Shown here piece by piece: positions 38,616-47,794 of a stretch of 64,000 nucleotides of DNA. The DNA is from Ignavibacteriales bacterium. GTDB lineage: Bacteria; Bacteroidota; Ignavibacteria; UBA10030; UBA6906. Positions within the stretch are counted from its first letter, which is position 1, and every line of letters begins with the position of its first letter. The stretch lies in contig JBBIRR010000006.1 of the NCBI GenBank assembly GCA_037441705.1, positions 1 through 64,000 on the forward strand. Reading direction: 5' to 3'. Below the pieces are notes generated by a model, which ran no database searches, was not told the DNA's origin, and worked only from the letters and a program-made list of their open reading frames with translations. The translations under genes and the position numbers were made by a program.

Positions 38616-39566
38616 ATGCCGAAAGTTACGTTAGATTTTGAAAAGCCGATCTACGATCTCGAGCAGAAGTTAGAAGAGATGCGCAAGTACGCCGATAACC
38701 CGGCGATTGCGCAGGAGATCGAGAAGATCGAAAAACGCGTCAGCCAGCTGCAGCGGAGCGTCTTCAGCGGCCTCACACGCTGGCAGAAAGTGCAGCTTGC
38801 CCGCCATCCCGATCGGCCCTACACGCTCGATTACATCAGTCTCATGACCACCGACTTTATCGAACTGCATGGCGATCGGTGCTTTCGCGACGATAAGGCA
38901 ATCGTTGGTGGATTCGCAAAGCTCGACAGCTACAGCGTCATGATCATCGGCCACCAAAAAGGGCGCGATACCAAGACGAATCTCTACCGCAACTTCGGCA
39001 TGCCGAATCCTGAAGGCTACCGCAAGGCCCTGCGCCTGATGAAGCTTGCAGAGAAATTCGGCAAACCCGTCATCACGCTGTTGGATACGCCCGGTGCCTA
39101 TCCCGGCTTAGAAGCGGAGGAACGAGGTCAGGCTGAAGCCATTGCGCGCAACCTGTTCGAGATGTCGAGACTGAGAGTGCCGATCGTCGTGGTGATCATT
39201 GGCGAGGGAGCCTCGGGTGGAGCGCTCGGTATCGGTGTGGGCGATCGGATTCTGATGTTGGAGAATGCCTGGTATTCCGTCATCTCGCCGGAATCCTGCT
39301 CGAGTATTTTGTGGCGGAGCTGGGACTTCAAAGAGCAGGCGGCGGAAGCCCTTCAGCTTACGGCGCCCGACCTGAAGAAGCAGGGAATCATTGACGAGAT
39401 TGTCCCCGAACCATTAGGCGGCGCGCATCGCGATCACGCCAAGGCTGCCGACATCCTGAAAGGCCAACTTCTCAGCGAGCTGAAAACGCTCACTAAAGTG
39501 AAGATTGACAGGCTGATCGAAAAGCGCATCGAGAAGTTTTCGAAGATGGGAGAGTACGCGGGATGA
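38616..39566 (+). CDS. accA: Acetyl-CoA carboxylase carboxyltransferase alpha subunit
   Basis: 'LDFEKP', 'LARHPDRP', 'ELHGDR', 'PEGYRKALR', '[10 protein letters not shown]', 'GEGASGGAL'. Confidence 0.97.
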   Translation: MPKVTLDFEKPIYDLEQKLEEMRKYADNPAIAQEIEKIEKRVSQLQRSVFSGLTRWQKVQLARHPDRPYTLDYISLMTTDFIELHGDRCFRDDKAIVGGFAKLDSYSVMIIGHQKGRDTKTNLYRNFGMPNPEGYRKALRLMKLAEKFGKPVITLLDTPGAYPGLEAEERGQAEAIARNLFEMSRLRVPIVVVIIGEGASGGALGIGVGDRILMLENAWYSVISPESCSSILWRSWDFKEQAAEALQLTAPDLKKQGIIDEIVPEPLGGAHRDHAKAADILKGQLLSELKTLTKVKIDRLIEKRIEKFSKMGEYAG

Positions 39567-39604
39567 GGGGATGGGTTCGACTGTAGCAATGTTCGCTCCA
39601 TGAA

Positions 39605-40018
39605 ATGATCAAACACACCACTGACATACGCGTTCGTTACGCCGACACCGACCAGATGAAGTTCGTGTACTATGCGAAGTACTTCGAGTACTTTGAGCAG
39701 GGGCGATCCGACCTGCTGCGTGATATCGGGCTGCCGTATCCGCAGATCGAGGCGATGGGATTGTTTCTGCCGGTGATCGAAGCCCACGCGAAATACAAGA
39801 AGGCAGCTCGCTATGACGATCTGCTTCACGTGGTGACGTACTTTCGCGAGATTCCCGTTGCTCGCATTCGTCTGGAGTATGAGGTGTTCAGAGACGGTGA
39901 AGCGGAAGCCATCGTTGAAGGATATACCGTCCACACATTTCTCAACGCGGCAACAGGCAAGCCCACGCGTGCCCCCGCTCAGTTCGTGGAAGCCATCGAG
40001 AAGGAGATGCGCTCATGA
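39605..40018 (+). CDS. Acyl-CoA thioesterase (YbgC/4HBT hotdog family)
   Basis: 'RVRYADTDQM..VYYA.Y..YFE.GR'. Confidence 0.9.
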   Translation: MIKHTTDIRVRYADTDQMKFVYYAKYFEYFEQGRSDLLRDIGLPYPQIEAMGLFLPVIEAHAKYKKAARYDDLLHVVTYFREIPVARIRLEYEVFRDGEAEAIVEGYTVHTFLNAATGKPTRAPAQFVEAIEKEMRS

Positions 40019-40200
40019 CGCTCAGCAAGGAGCTGTTAGAGATTCTGTGCTGCCCGTTCTGCAAAGGCAAGGTTGCATTCGACCCTGTCGGTAACAGCCT
40101 CACCTGTCAAGCCTGCCAGCTTCTCTTTCCGGTCCGGGATGGCATTCCGATGATGCGCCCCGAAGACGCGGTGCCGCTGAGGAAAGACGATGCCCGCTAA
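40015..40200 (+). CDS. Trm112/YcaR-family protein
   Basis: 'LLEILCCPFCKG', 'C..C...FPVRDGIP.M'. Confidence 0.88.
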   Translation: MTLSKELLEILCCPFCKGKVAFDPVGNSLTCQACQLLFPVRDGIPMMRPEDAVPLRKDDAR

Positions 40201-41056
40201 CCTCCTGCATGACAGCCGTATCAGTCGCCTGGTGGAACTCGCGCTGATGGAAGACGTGGGGATGGGAGATGTGACGAGCGAAGCGACCGTTGGGGACGAG
40301 TTGCTCGGCGAAGCCGAGTTCGTGTGCAAGGAAGAGGGCGTCATTGCCGGGTTAGAGCTTGTGGGTCTGGTCTTTCAGTTGTGCGACCAGAGCATCACCG
40401 TGACGCCGTACCTTCGAGATGGGCAACGGGTTACCAACGGCACTGCCATCGGCGCCGTACAGGGTTCGGCCAGAAGCATCCTCAAGGGCGAGCGGACAGC
40501 ACTCAATTTTCTCCAACGCATGAGTGGAATTGCCACGCTTACGCGACGCTACGTCGAGGCAGTTGCTGGTACTGCCGCTCGCATCACCGATACGCGCAAG
40601 ACGGCGCCGGGCCTTCGTGCGCTGGACAAGCTTGCGGTGCGGATTGGCGGCGGCGTCAATCACCGGTTCGGTCTCGATGATATGGTTTTGATTAAGGATA
40701 ACCACATCGTTGCCGCCGGAGGGATTGCAGGGGCCATTGAGCGCTGCAAACGCTATCTTACGGAACGTGAACTGAACATCGCCATCGAGGTTGAAACGAA
40801 GAACCTCGACGAAGTACGCGAGGCACTGCGCTTCGATGGCGTGCATCGTCTCATGCTGGATAACTTTCCGCTTGATGAGATGCGCAAGGCGGTGGAGCTT
40901 ATTGCGCATCGGGTCGAAGTGGAAGCGTCCGGCGGCATCACGCTCGACAACGTTCGCGCCGTAGCCGAGACCGGCGTGGATTTCATCTCCATCGGCGCTC
41001 TGACGCATTCCGTGAAGGCGCTCGATATCTCGCTCGAACTCCGGCATGTTCGATAA
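40190..41056 (+). CDS. nadC: Nicotinate-nucleotide diphosphorylase (carboxylating)
   Basis: 'GDVTS', 'ERTALNFLQRMSGIAT', 'DTRKT.PG.R', 'NHRFGL.D..LIKDNH', 'EASGGI', 'ISIGALTHS'. Confidence 0.97.
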   Translation: MPANLLHDSRISRLVELALMEDVGMGDVTSEATVGDELLGEAEFVCKEEGVIAGLELVGLVFQLCDQSITVTPYLRDGQRVTNGTAIGAVQGSARSILKGERTALNFLQRMSGIATLTRRYVEAVAGTAARITDTRKTAPGLRALDKLAVRIGGGVNHRFGLDDMVLIKDNHIVAAGGIAGAIERCKRYLTERELNIAIEVETKNLDEVREALRFDGVHRLMLDNFPLDEMRKAVELIAHRVEVEASGGITLDNVRAVAETGVDFISIGALTHSVKALDISLELRHVR

Positions 41057-42527
41057 GCTCAAGCGGCTCGGCACCGATACCGCCATCTACGGCATCAGCA
41101 CGGTGGTTGGCCGCTTTCTCACGTTTCTCCTCACGCCGTTCTACACCAATGTTCTACCGCCCGCCGACCTGGGCATCGTCGCCACCGTCTATGCGTACAT
41201 TGCGTTCCTGAACATCATCTACGGGTACGGCATGGAGACGGCGTTCATGCGCTACGCCGCGTCGCAGGAATTCGGCGACAAGAAGCAGGCCTTCAGCGTT
41301 GCGTGGCTTTCCGTCGGTTCAACGTCCGTAGTCTTCTCGCTGATCATCTGGCTGTTGCGCGATGTGTTGATGCTCGCCGGCGGCATTCCCGCCGATCACT
41401 CGGCGATCGTGACGTACGCAGGCTGGATACTTCTGCTCGACGCGCTTGCGCTCATTCCCTTTGCTCACCTCCGTATGGAGGGGAAGGCGAAGCACTTCGC
41501 CGCACTCAAGCTCTTCAATATCGTGCTGACGGTCGTTCTCAATCTCGTTCTTCTCCTTGAGTTTCGAATGGGGATCGAAGGGATCTTTCTCAGCAACCTT
41601 GCGGCCTCCGCAGTGACGGTTCTGCTTCTTCTTCAGGTTGTCTTTCGCAACATGGCACTCCGCTGGAACTCGTTGCTGCATAAGGCGTTACTGCGCTTCG
41701 CCCTGCCGTCCGTTCCGTCGTATCTGGCCTCCATGATGATTCAGGTGATTGATCGTCCGATACTCGAAGCACTCACAGACAAAGCAACGGTGGGCATCTA
41801 TCAGGCGAACTATCGGTTGGGCATCTTCATGATGTTGATTGTTTCGACATTCGATTTCGCGTGGAGGCCGTTTTTCCTGAGCAATGCCTCGGAGCCGAAT
41901 GCGAAGCGCCTCTTTGCCCGCGTGCTGACGTATTTCTTTTTGTTGATGACCGGATGCTTTCTTCTCATCAGCTTCTTCATCAATGATGTCGTCACTTTTC
42001 CCATCTATCACGGCAAGTCCATCATTGCGCCGGAGTACTGGAGCGGACTTCCGATCGTGCCGATTGTGTTAGCGGCATATATCTTTCTCGGCGTTGCCAA
42101 TACGATGGTCGCGGGCATCTACATCGAAAAGCAGACGAAGAAACTTCCTCTCATAACATTCGTCGGTGCGGCGGTGAATGTGATTGCCAATCTCCTTCTT
42201 ATCCCTTCCTTCGGCATCACAGGCGCAGCCGTGGCAACCCTGCTGAGCTACGCAGCAATGGCTGCCGTTCTCTACGTCATTGTACAGAAGGTCTATCCAA
42301 TGGAATATGAGTTTGGGAAAATGATAAAGATTGTCCTTGCTGCAGCGCTCGTCTTCCTTCTCTTCCAGAGTGTGCACCTCGCATCGGCTCAGGCGCTGTG
42401 GAAGTTCGGCCTCTTGCTGCTGTTCAGTGTGTTCGTGTATGCGATGAAGGTGTTCGGTGCGGACGAACTCCTGCGCCTCAAGCGGATGTTCACGAGAAGT
42501 GCCACAGCGCCGCCGGTTGAGCCGTAG
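41046..42527 (+). CDS. Second Wzx-like oligosaccharide flippase
   Basis: 'YG.STV..RFL.FLL.PFYT', 'YGMETAF.R', 'VGIY.ANY.LG', many TM helices. Confidence 0.85.
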   Translation: MFDKLKRLGTDTAIYGISTVVGRFLTFLLTPFYTNVLPPADLGIVATVYAYIAFLNIIYGYGMETAFMRYAASQEFGDKKQAFSVAWLSVGSTSVVFSLIIWLLRDVLMLAGGIPADHSAIVTYAGWILLLDALALIPFAHLRMEGKAKHFAALKLFNIVLTVVLNLVLLLEFRMGIEGIFLSNLAASAVTVLLLLQVVFRNMALRWNSLLHKALLRFALPSVPSYLASMMIQVIDRPILEALTDKATVGIYQANYRLGIFMMLIVSTFDFAWRPFFLSNASEPNAKRLFARVLTYFFLLMTGCFLLISFFINDVVTFPIYHGKSIIAPEYWSGLPIVPIVLAAYIFLGVANTMVAGIYIEKQTKKLPLITFVGAAVNVIANLLLIPSFGITGAAVATLLSYAAMAAVLYVIVQKVYPMEYEFGKMIKIVLAAALVFLLFQSVHLASAQALWKFGLLLLFSVFVYAMKVFGADELLRLKRMFTRSATAPPVEP

Positions 42528-42786
42528 AGGTGACGAGGTAATGGCTCTGCACATCCACCTTCAACCCATCTTCGCATAGGCGAGCCGGCATTCGGCTTGC
42601 CTGTTCCTGCCTGACCTCTTGACAGCGCGGGTCGTGCTCACTCCACGACTCTGTTGAATCTTTCTGCGTCGGGGTTGCAGTATTCAACATCGCATCGCAT
42701 CTCTCCTGAAGAAAATTTTGCATTTGGTCAATTACTGACGCGGGCATCATACTTGCAGTGGGGAAAGTGTTGCCGTTGAGCCAACG

Positions 42787-43224
42787 ATGGACATGCACCA
42801 CTTTTCCGGCGGTGAGCTTTTTGCCCTGACTCTTTTCTGCCACAAGTTGCAGAACGCGCTTTCGTCGGCGTGCGGTCTCTCCGTCCATGAGTTTCATTGC
42901 CTGATGCTGCTGTATCTGGAGAAGCCTTGCTGTGTGGGAAAGCTGAGTGAAATGCTGGGAACCGGCGGCCCTTCGACTTCGAAACTTCTGCGTTCACTTG
43001 ATCGCCGGGGATACATAACACGCAGCCTGGATCCCGAAGATCGAAGGAGAGAAACCGTTGCGCTTACGCCCGCCGGCCTCGACGCGGCACGGGAGGGGCT
43101 TGCTCGCGCAGAAACATTGGTCCGAGAGATGATGGAACGCCGTTGGCTTCAGCACAATGGAGACCTTGTCCGGTGGCTCGAGTTTCTCTCTGGTTCGATG
43201 AAGCAACTGCAAGATCGGGATTGA
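42787..43224 (+). CDS. MarR-family regulator, Cys/His-rich N-terminus
   Basis: 'LS..EF..L..L', 'LSEMLG.......LL..L..RGYITRSLDPEDRR...V.LT.AG'. Confidence 0.85.
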   Translation: MDMHHFSGGELFALTLFCHKLQNALSSACGLSVHEFHCLMLLYLEKPCCVGKLSEMLGTGGPSTSKLLRSLDRRGYITRSLDPEDRRRETVALTPAGLDAAREGLARAETLVREMMERRWLQHNGDLVRWLEFLSGSMKQLQDRD

Positions 43225-43260
43225 CCATTCATCTCACCAACACACAACAAGGAGGACACG

Positions 43261-44379
43261 ATGCAGAACAATCTTACACGAAAGGAGTTCTTGAAGAACT
43301 CGACGAAGTATGCTGCGGGTGTTGCGTTGGGGGCGGGGGCGCTCAACCTGCTGACGCGCAACCCGATTGGGGCAAACCCTGTCGTTACCGACTGGCCCTG
43401 GCCGTATCAAGCGCTTGATACCGAACAGGTGAGGATTCTGGGACATGACACGTATTGGGAGGGGAAGGGCTGCTCGTACGGCGCGTTTCATGCGATTGTG
43501 ACGAAGCTGCGCCAGGTGCTGCCGACGCCATGGAATCAGCTGCCGACCGAGATGATGATCTACGGGCACGGCGGTGGGGCAGGTTGGGGCGCCACCTGCG
43601 GAGCGATCAATGGTCCGGCGGCGCTCATTTCGCTGGTGCTGCTGAAGCCGCGTTCGGATGTGCTGGTCAGCGAGTTGTTTGGCTGGTACACGCAGACACT
43701 TTTCCCCACCGATATCAGCAACCAGTACGCCGTGAACCACGTGTTCAACGATAACCGATGCGACATTTTGCTGCCGCAGAATGCCGCCGGCTCGCCGCTG
43801 TGCCATCCGTCGGTCACGGAATGGTGCATTCACGCAAACTACGCGGCGGATGCTCTTGAGCGGAAGGAGCGATGCGCTCGCATTACGGGCGATGTTGCGG
43901 CGTACGCCGTGCAGATTCTCAATGAGGAGTTGCAGGGCAACTTTGTGCCGCGGTACGTTCCACCGGCAACCATTGCGGCATGCATGAGCTGCCATGGAAC
44001 GGGATCGCTGAACAGGGTTGTGGCAAAGATGGAGTGCACGCAATGTCACGGCACGAATCCGCATACATCGCCCGTTGAGCCTGTGTCATCCTCTGCAAAG
44101 GAGTACCAGCTACATCCGAACTTTCCCAATCCGTTCAACCCTTCGACCAGTCTCCAGTTTTCACTGCCGAAGAGAGAGGCGGTGACGCTTGCCGTGTACG
44201 ATGTTCACGGCCGCCTCATCCGGAATCTCATTGCCAATGAGACGTACGAGCAGGGGACGTACAAGATTGGCTGGGATGGGACGAACGATGCGGGTATGCG
44301 GGTTGCGAGCGGTACGTACTTCGCGCGGCTGCAGGCCGGCTCGTTCAGTTCCACGCAGAAGATGAGTTTGGTGAAATGA
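43261..44379 (+). CDS. C-GCAxxG-C-C / split-Soret cytochrome c-like protein with two CxxCH motifs and a T9SS/FlgD-type CTD
   Basis: Tat-like 'TRKEFLK'; 'GCSYGAF', 'GGGAGWGATCGAING', 'SPLCH.SV..WC', 'ERCARITGDVA'; CMSCH and CTQCH; 'PNFPNPFNP...WDG.N..G..VASGTYF...KMSLVK'. Confidence 0.8.
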   Translation: MQNNLTRKEFLKNSTKYAAGVALGAGALNLLTRNPIGANPVVTDWPWPYQALDTEQVRILGHDTYWEGKGCSYGAFHAIVTKLRQVLPTPWNQLPTEMMIYGHGGGAGWGATCGAINGPAALISLVLLKPRSDVLVSELFGWYTQTLFPTDISNQYAVNHVFNDNRCDILLPQNAAGSPLCHPSVTEWCIHANYAADALERKERCARITGDVAAYAVQILNEELQGNFVPRYVPPATIAACMSCHGTGSLNRVVAKMECTQCHGTNPHTSPVEPVSSSAKEYQLHPNFPNPFNPSTSLQFSLPKREAVTLAVYDVHGRLIRNLIANETYEQGTYKIGWDGTNDAGMRVASGTYFARLQAGSFSSTQKMSLVK

Positions 44380-44406
44380 GAGTGCTTCTCGTGTGAGCGT
44401 GCTGAG

Positions 44407-44430
44407 AGGGCGAGTCGCAAGGCTCGCCTT
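44407..44430 (+). terminator. GNRA-capped stem-loop after the cytochrome gene
   Basis: agggcgagtc-GCAA-ggctcgcctt; weak U-tract. Confidence 0.45.
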
Positions 44431-44450
44431 CGCTGTTACGGTGGAGAGTT

Positions 44451-44532
44451 TGTCATTCTGATCGAAGCGAAGAATCCAGAACCGAGCCATTTACTGGATT
44501 CTTCACTCCGCTTCGCTCCGTTCAGAATGACA
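44451..44532. repeat. REP-like long inverted repeat
   Basis: tgtcattctga..gaagcgaagaatccag ... ctggattcttca..cttcg..tcagaatgaca. Confidence 0.7.
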
Positions 44533-44613
44533 ATGGTTTCTTTTTGTACAGCCTCTGCTGGAAGCATACACACCGCGCATCGTCAATGCCAGCATGCAGC
44601 ATTCCTCACACGA

Positions 44614-44638
44614 GGACACGGCGGAGCCGTGTCCCTAC
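44614..44638 (-). repeat. GTAG-type REP palindrome
   Basis: Minus strand reads GTAG-ggacacggc-tcc-gccgtgtcc, the GTAG-foot plus palindrome architecture of RAYT-associated REPs. Confidence 0.65.
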
Positions 44639-44671
44639 ACAAAGGGCGTGGTGTGATGATACGCGTGCTTT

Positions 44672-44798
44672 TGCGTTAGGCGGCCGGAGGGTGCCCCCGA
44701 AGGGGGCAGTGCTGAGCGCTGTTCAGCGAAGCACCGAAGCGTTAGCGAAGCCCGAAGGACGCCGACGGCGCTGCGCAGCGCTTAGCGCCGGAACGCCC
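44672..44798. repeat. Multi-hairpin GC-rich element (MITE-like or structured RNA)
   Basis: tgccccc-gaa-gggggca, gctga..tcagc, gcgctgcgcagcgc palindrome nested in cggcgct..agcgccg. Confidence 0.45.
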
Positions 44799-44890
44799 AA
44801 CATACATCGGAGAATCGAGCAAAGCCGCCGCGCCTCAAGCAACTCACTTCCGTTTTTCGTAATATGGTGCACACAAGAAACGGAGAGTGA

Positions 44891-45904
44891 GTGAATAACG
44901 AACGAGAAGCGTTGAAACCGATGGCCGTCGGCGGCCAGGCGGTGTTGGAGGGCGTGATGATGCGTGCCCCGGGCATGGTGGCAACGGCGGTGCGGCGAGC
45001 GAACGGTGAAATCGTGGTGAAGAAGGAGCCGCAGGTTTCGCTTGGCGATAAGTATCCTGTGTTCAAGCTGCCGATTCTGCGTGGTGCGGTGGGCTTGATC
45101 GAGATGATGGTGATCGGGATACGGACGCTGAACTTCTCTGCCGAAGTGGCAATGGAGGAGTCGGACCCGGCGCGGAGTGTCGCCGGCAGCGACGGGCAGA
45201 AGCTCTCGAGTTCGATGAAGGAGAATCTGCGGTTCGGGGCGACGGTTGCCTTTTCGCTTGCGGTTGGGGTGGCTGTTTTTTTCGTGACGCCTCTTGCGGT
45301 CACGACGTTCTTCTTTGATGTTGAACAGGAGCCGCTGTGGTTCAACCTCATCGCGGGCGGCGTGCGCATTGCGTTGCTGCTCGGCTATCTCGCTGCCATC
45401 TCTCTGTTGAAAGACATTCACCGGTTGTTCGAGTATCATGGTGCCGAGCACAAGGCGGTCTTTGCGTTCGAGAAGGGGGAGCCGCTTACCGTTGAGGCTG
45501 CTGCGCGGCAATCTCGCTTTCATCCGCGCTGCGGGACGAGCTTCCTGCTCATCGTCATGTTTGTGGCCATCGCCCTCTTCAGCGTGCTGGATGTTGCGGT
45601 GATGCATTGGCTGGGGGGTTTGAATGTGGCGATCAGAATTGCCACGCACCTTCCGCTCATCCCGTTGGTCGGCGGTGCGTCGTACGAGTTTATTCGGATC
45701 TCGGCGCGGTACAGCGAGTCGCTTATCGGCAGGTGGGTTGTTGCCCCGGGACTGTGGTTGCAGAGGATTACAACGCGTGAGCCTGATGCTTCGCAGTTGG
45801 AAGTGGCTCTTGTTGCGCTTCGCAGCGCGCTGGGGACAGACGCTGCGCGTGCACCGCTTCAGTCACGACAGCCGGCGGCGATCGGGATCGTTGGGGTGAA
45901 TTGA
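44891..45904 (+). CDS. DUF1385 (YqhQ-like) membrane protein
   Basis: '[12 protein letters not shown]', 'LPILRG', 'FEYHGAEHK', 'HPRCGTSFL', '[12 protein letters not shown]'; upstream of prfA. Confidence 0.9.
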   Translation: MNNEREALKPMAVGGQAVLEGVMMRAPGMVATAVRRANGEIVVKKEPQVSLGDKYPVFKLPILRGAVGLIEMMVIGIRTLNFSAEVAMEESDPARSVAGSDGQKLSSSMKENLRFGATVAFSLAVGVAVFFVTPLAVTTFFFDVEQEPLWFNLIAGGVRIALLLGYLAAISLLKDIHRLFEYHGAEHKAVFAFEKGEPLTVEAAARQSRFHPRCGTSFLLIVMFVAIALFSVLDVAVMHWLGGLNVAIRIATHLPLIPLVGGASYEFIRISARYSESLIGRWVVAPGLWLQRITTREPDASQLEVALVALRSALGTDAARAPLQSRQPAAIGIVGVN

Positions 45905-45905
45905 G

Positions 45906-46979
45906 ATGCTGGATCGGTTGGAAAAAGTTCGCGAGCGCTATGAAGAGATCGGCCGGCTGCTGAGCGACCCGGAGGTGGCATCGCATCCCGAACGCTTGCG
46001 TGAGCTGAGCAAGGAGCACAGCGATCTGAAGCCTCTCATTCAGGTCTATGAGCGCTATCGCAAGCTGAAGAAGGACATCGAGGGCCTGAAGGAAATCACC
46101 GAAAGCTCTGCCGATCCCGAGATGAAGCAGCTTGCCTACGATGAGCTGGACGAGGCGAAGAAGAATCTTGCCGCGTTAGAAGAAGAGATCAAGCTCCTGC
46201 TCATTCCGAAAGACCCCAATGACAGCCGCAACGTGATGGTGGAGATTCGCGCCGGAACGGGAGGGGAGGAGGCCGCGTTGTTCGCAGCCGACCTGCTGCG
46301 CATGTACACCCGCTACGCCGAACGGAAAGGATGGAAGGCGGAGGTGCTGGACATCAACGAAACGGGATTGGGCGGCATCAAGGAGGTGTCGTTCAGCCTG
46401 AGCGGCAGCGACGTGTTCGGTACGATGAAGTATGAGAGCGGCGTCCATCGCGTGCAGCGCGTTCCGGAGACCGAGGCGCAGGGCCGCGTCCACACTTCGG
46501 CGGCGACCGTCGCCGTGCTGCCCGAAGTCGAGCCGGTGGATGTTCAGATCAATCCTGCCGACATCGAGATGGATACGTTCCGTTCGGGCGGCAAAGGGGG
46601 CCAGAACGTGAACAAAGTTGAAACCGCCGTGCGGCTCACGCACAAGCCCTCGGGAATTGTGGTTGTGTGCCGGCAGGAACGCTCGCAGTTGCAGAACCGC
46701 GAGCGGGCGATGAAGATGCTGCGGGCCAAACTGTACGAGAACATGATGCTGTCGCAGGTGGGCGACCGTGTTGCACAGCGCCGAGCGCAGGTCAAAAGCG
46801 GCGACCGCAGCGAGAAGATTCGTACCTACAATTTCCCGCAGAATCGAGTGACCGACCACCGCATCGGTCTGACGCTGTACAATCTGAGCGAGATTATCGA
46901 TGGGAAGCTGGACGAGTTGATCGAGGCGCTCAAGATTGCCGACCGTGCAGAGAAGCTGAAAGCCGAGTCCGCCTCCTGA
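45906..46979 (+). CDS. prfA: Peptide chain release factor 1
   Basis: '[14 protein letters not shown]', '[12 protein letters not shown]' (PxT), 'GGQNVNK', '[15 protein letters not shown]'. Confidence 0.97.
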   Translation: MLDRLEKVRERYEEIGRLLSDPEVASHPERLRELSKEHSDLKPLIQVYERYRKLKKDIEGLKEITESSADPEMKQLAYDELDEAKKNLAALEEEIKLLLIPKDPNDSRNVMVEIRAGTGGEEAALFAADLLRMYTRYAERKGWKAEVLDINETGLGGIKEVSFSLSGSDVFGTMKYESGVHRVQRVPETEAQGRVHTSAATVAVLPEVEPVDVQINPADIEMDTFRSGGKGGQNVNKVETAVRLTHKPSGIVVVCRQERSQLQNRERAMKMLRAKLYENMMLSQVGDRVAQRRAQVKSGDRSEKIRTYNFPQNRVTDHRIGLTLYNLSEIIDGKLDELIEALKIADRAEKLKAESAS

Positions 46980-46983
46980 GCCT

Positions 46984-47469
46984 CTACAAAGTACGACGCC
47001 GCGGCTTCGGCATGTCGTCCGTTCTCACCTTCGCGAAGAAATCCTTCAGGATTGCGCTGCATTTATCCTCGAGCACTCCCTTCACCAATTCGACCCGGTG
47101 ATTCAACCGTTTATCCTGCACGATGTTGAACAGCGTGCCGCAGGCTCCCGCCTTGGGATCGGACGCGGCGAACACCAGCGTGGGGATGCGCGCCTGCACG
47201 ATTGCGCCGGCACACATCGGGCAGGGCTCGAGCGTTACATACAGCGTGCAGTTCTCGAGTCGGTGATTGTCCAGCTGACTGGCAGCGGCGGTGATGGCGA
47301 TGATCTCGGCGTGGGCTGTCGGGTCGCGCAGCGCTTCGGTTTGATTGTACCCGCGCCCGATGATGCGGTTTTCGAAGATAATGACCGCGCCGATGGGAAC
47401 CTCCTTGCGCTTGTACGCCTGCTCCGCTTCTTTGAAAGCGAACTCCATCCAGCGCTCGTGGTCGGTCAT
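46984..47469 (-). CDS. tadA: tRNA adenosine(34) deaminase
   Basis: 'EVPIGAV', 'DPTAHAE', 'LYVTLEPCPMCAGA', 'DPKAGA.G', 'LNH'; true start at ATG 47469. Confidence 0.93.
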   Translation of the reverse strand: MTDHERWMEFAFKEAEQAYKRKEVPIGAVIIFENRIIGRGYNQTEALRDPTAHAEIIAITAAASQLDNHRLENCTLYVTLEPCPMCAGAIVQARIPTLVFAASDPKAGACGTLFNIVQDKRLNHRVELVKGVLEDKCSAILKDFFAKVRTDDMPKPRRRTL

Positions 47470-47517
47470 GGGGAGAAGCTCCTGATGTTGGACGTGGGAG
47501 CGTTGTGACCGCTCATG

Positions 47518-47591
47518 TGCGCCCGGAGGGAGTCGAACCCCCAACCCTCAGATCCGAAGTCTGATGCTCTATCCAGTTGAGCTACGGGCGC
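47518..47591 (-). tRNA. tRNA-Arg (anticodon UCG), CCA not encoded
   Basis: GCGCCCG/CGGGCGC acceptor stem, GCTC-AACTGGATA-GAGC D-arm with A20, TCAGA-CTTCGGA-TCTGA anticodon arm, GGGGG-TTCGACT-CCCTC T-arm, discriminator A. Confidence 0.95.
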
Positions 47592-47707
47592 AAACGGCGA
47601 TTCAAAATAATAAAATGGCTCTGCAATTCCAATCCCGTTGAGTGCCTGAACTCCGCACACTTTCAAGCATGCAAGAAATGAAAGTGATATATTTGAACGA
47701 TTCCGAA

Positions 47708-47773
47708 ATTTGTTTGGAGCTTGAAGCTTGAGATTTGTTTGGAATTTGGAGTTTGAAAACTGGAGCTTGAATT
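47708..47773. repeat. Degenerate heptamer tandem repeat (TTGRARN)
   Basis: ttggagc ttgaagc ttgagat ttgt ttggaat ttggagt ttgaaaa ctggagc ttgaatt. Confidence 0.6.
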
Positions 47774-47794
47774 AGTACACCGAAGACAACACCC

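Noticed and set aside
42490-43021. Minus-strand ORFs 42490-42897 and 42728-43021
   Set aside because: They overlap the MarR gene and have no recognisable features.
47470-47544. N-terminal extension of TadA in the ORF track
   Set aside because: It runs into the tRNA gene; homology begins at MTDHERWM (47469).
47518-47591. tRNA as an integration site for a genomic island
   Set aside because: I noticed no duplicated tRNA 3' end and no integrase in the window; both flanks are core genes.
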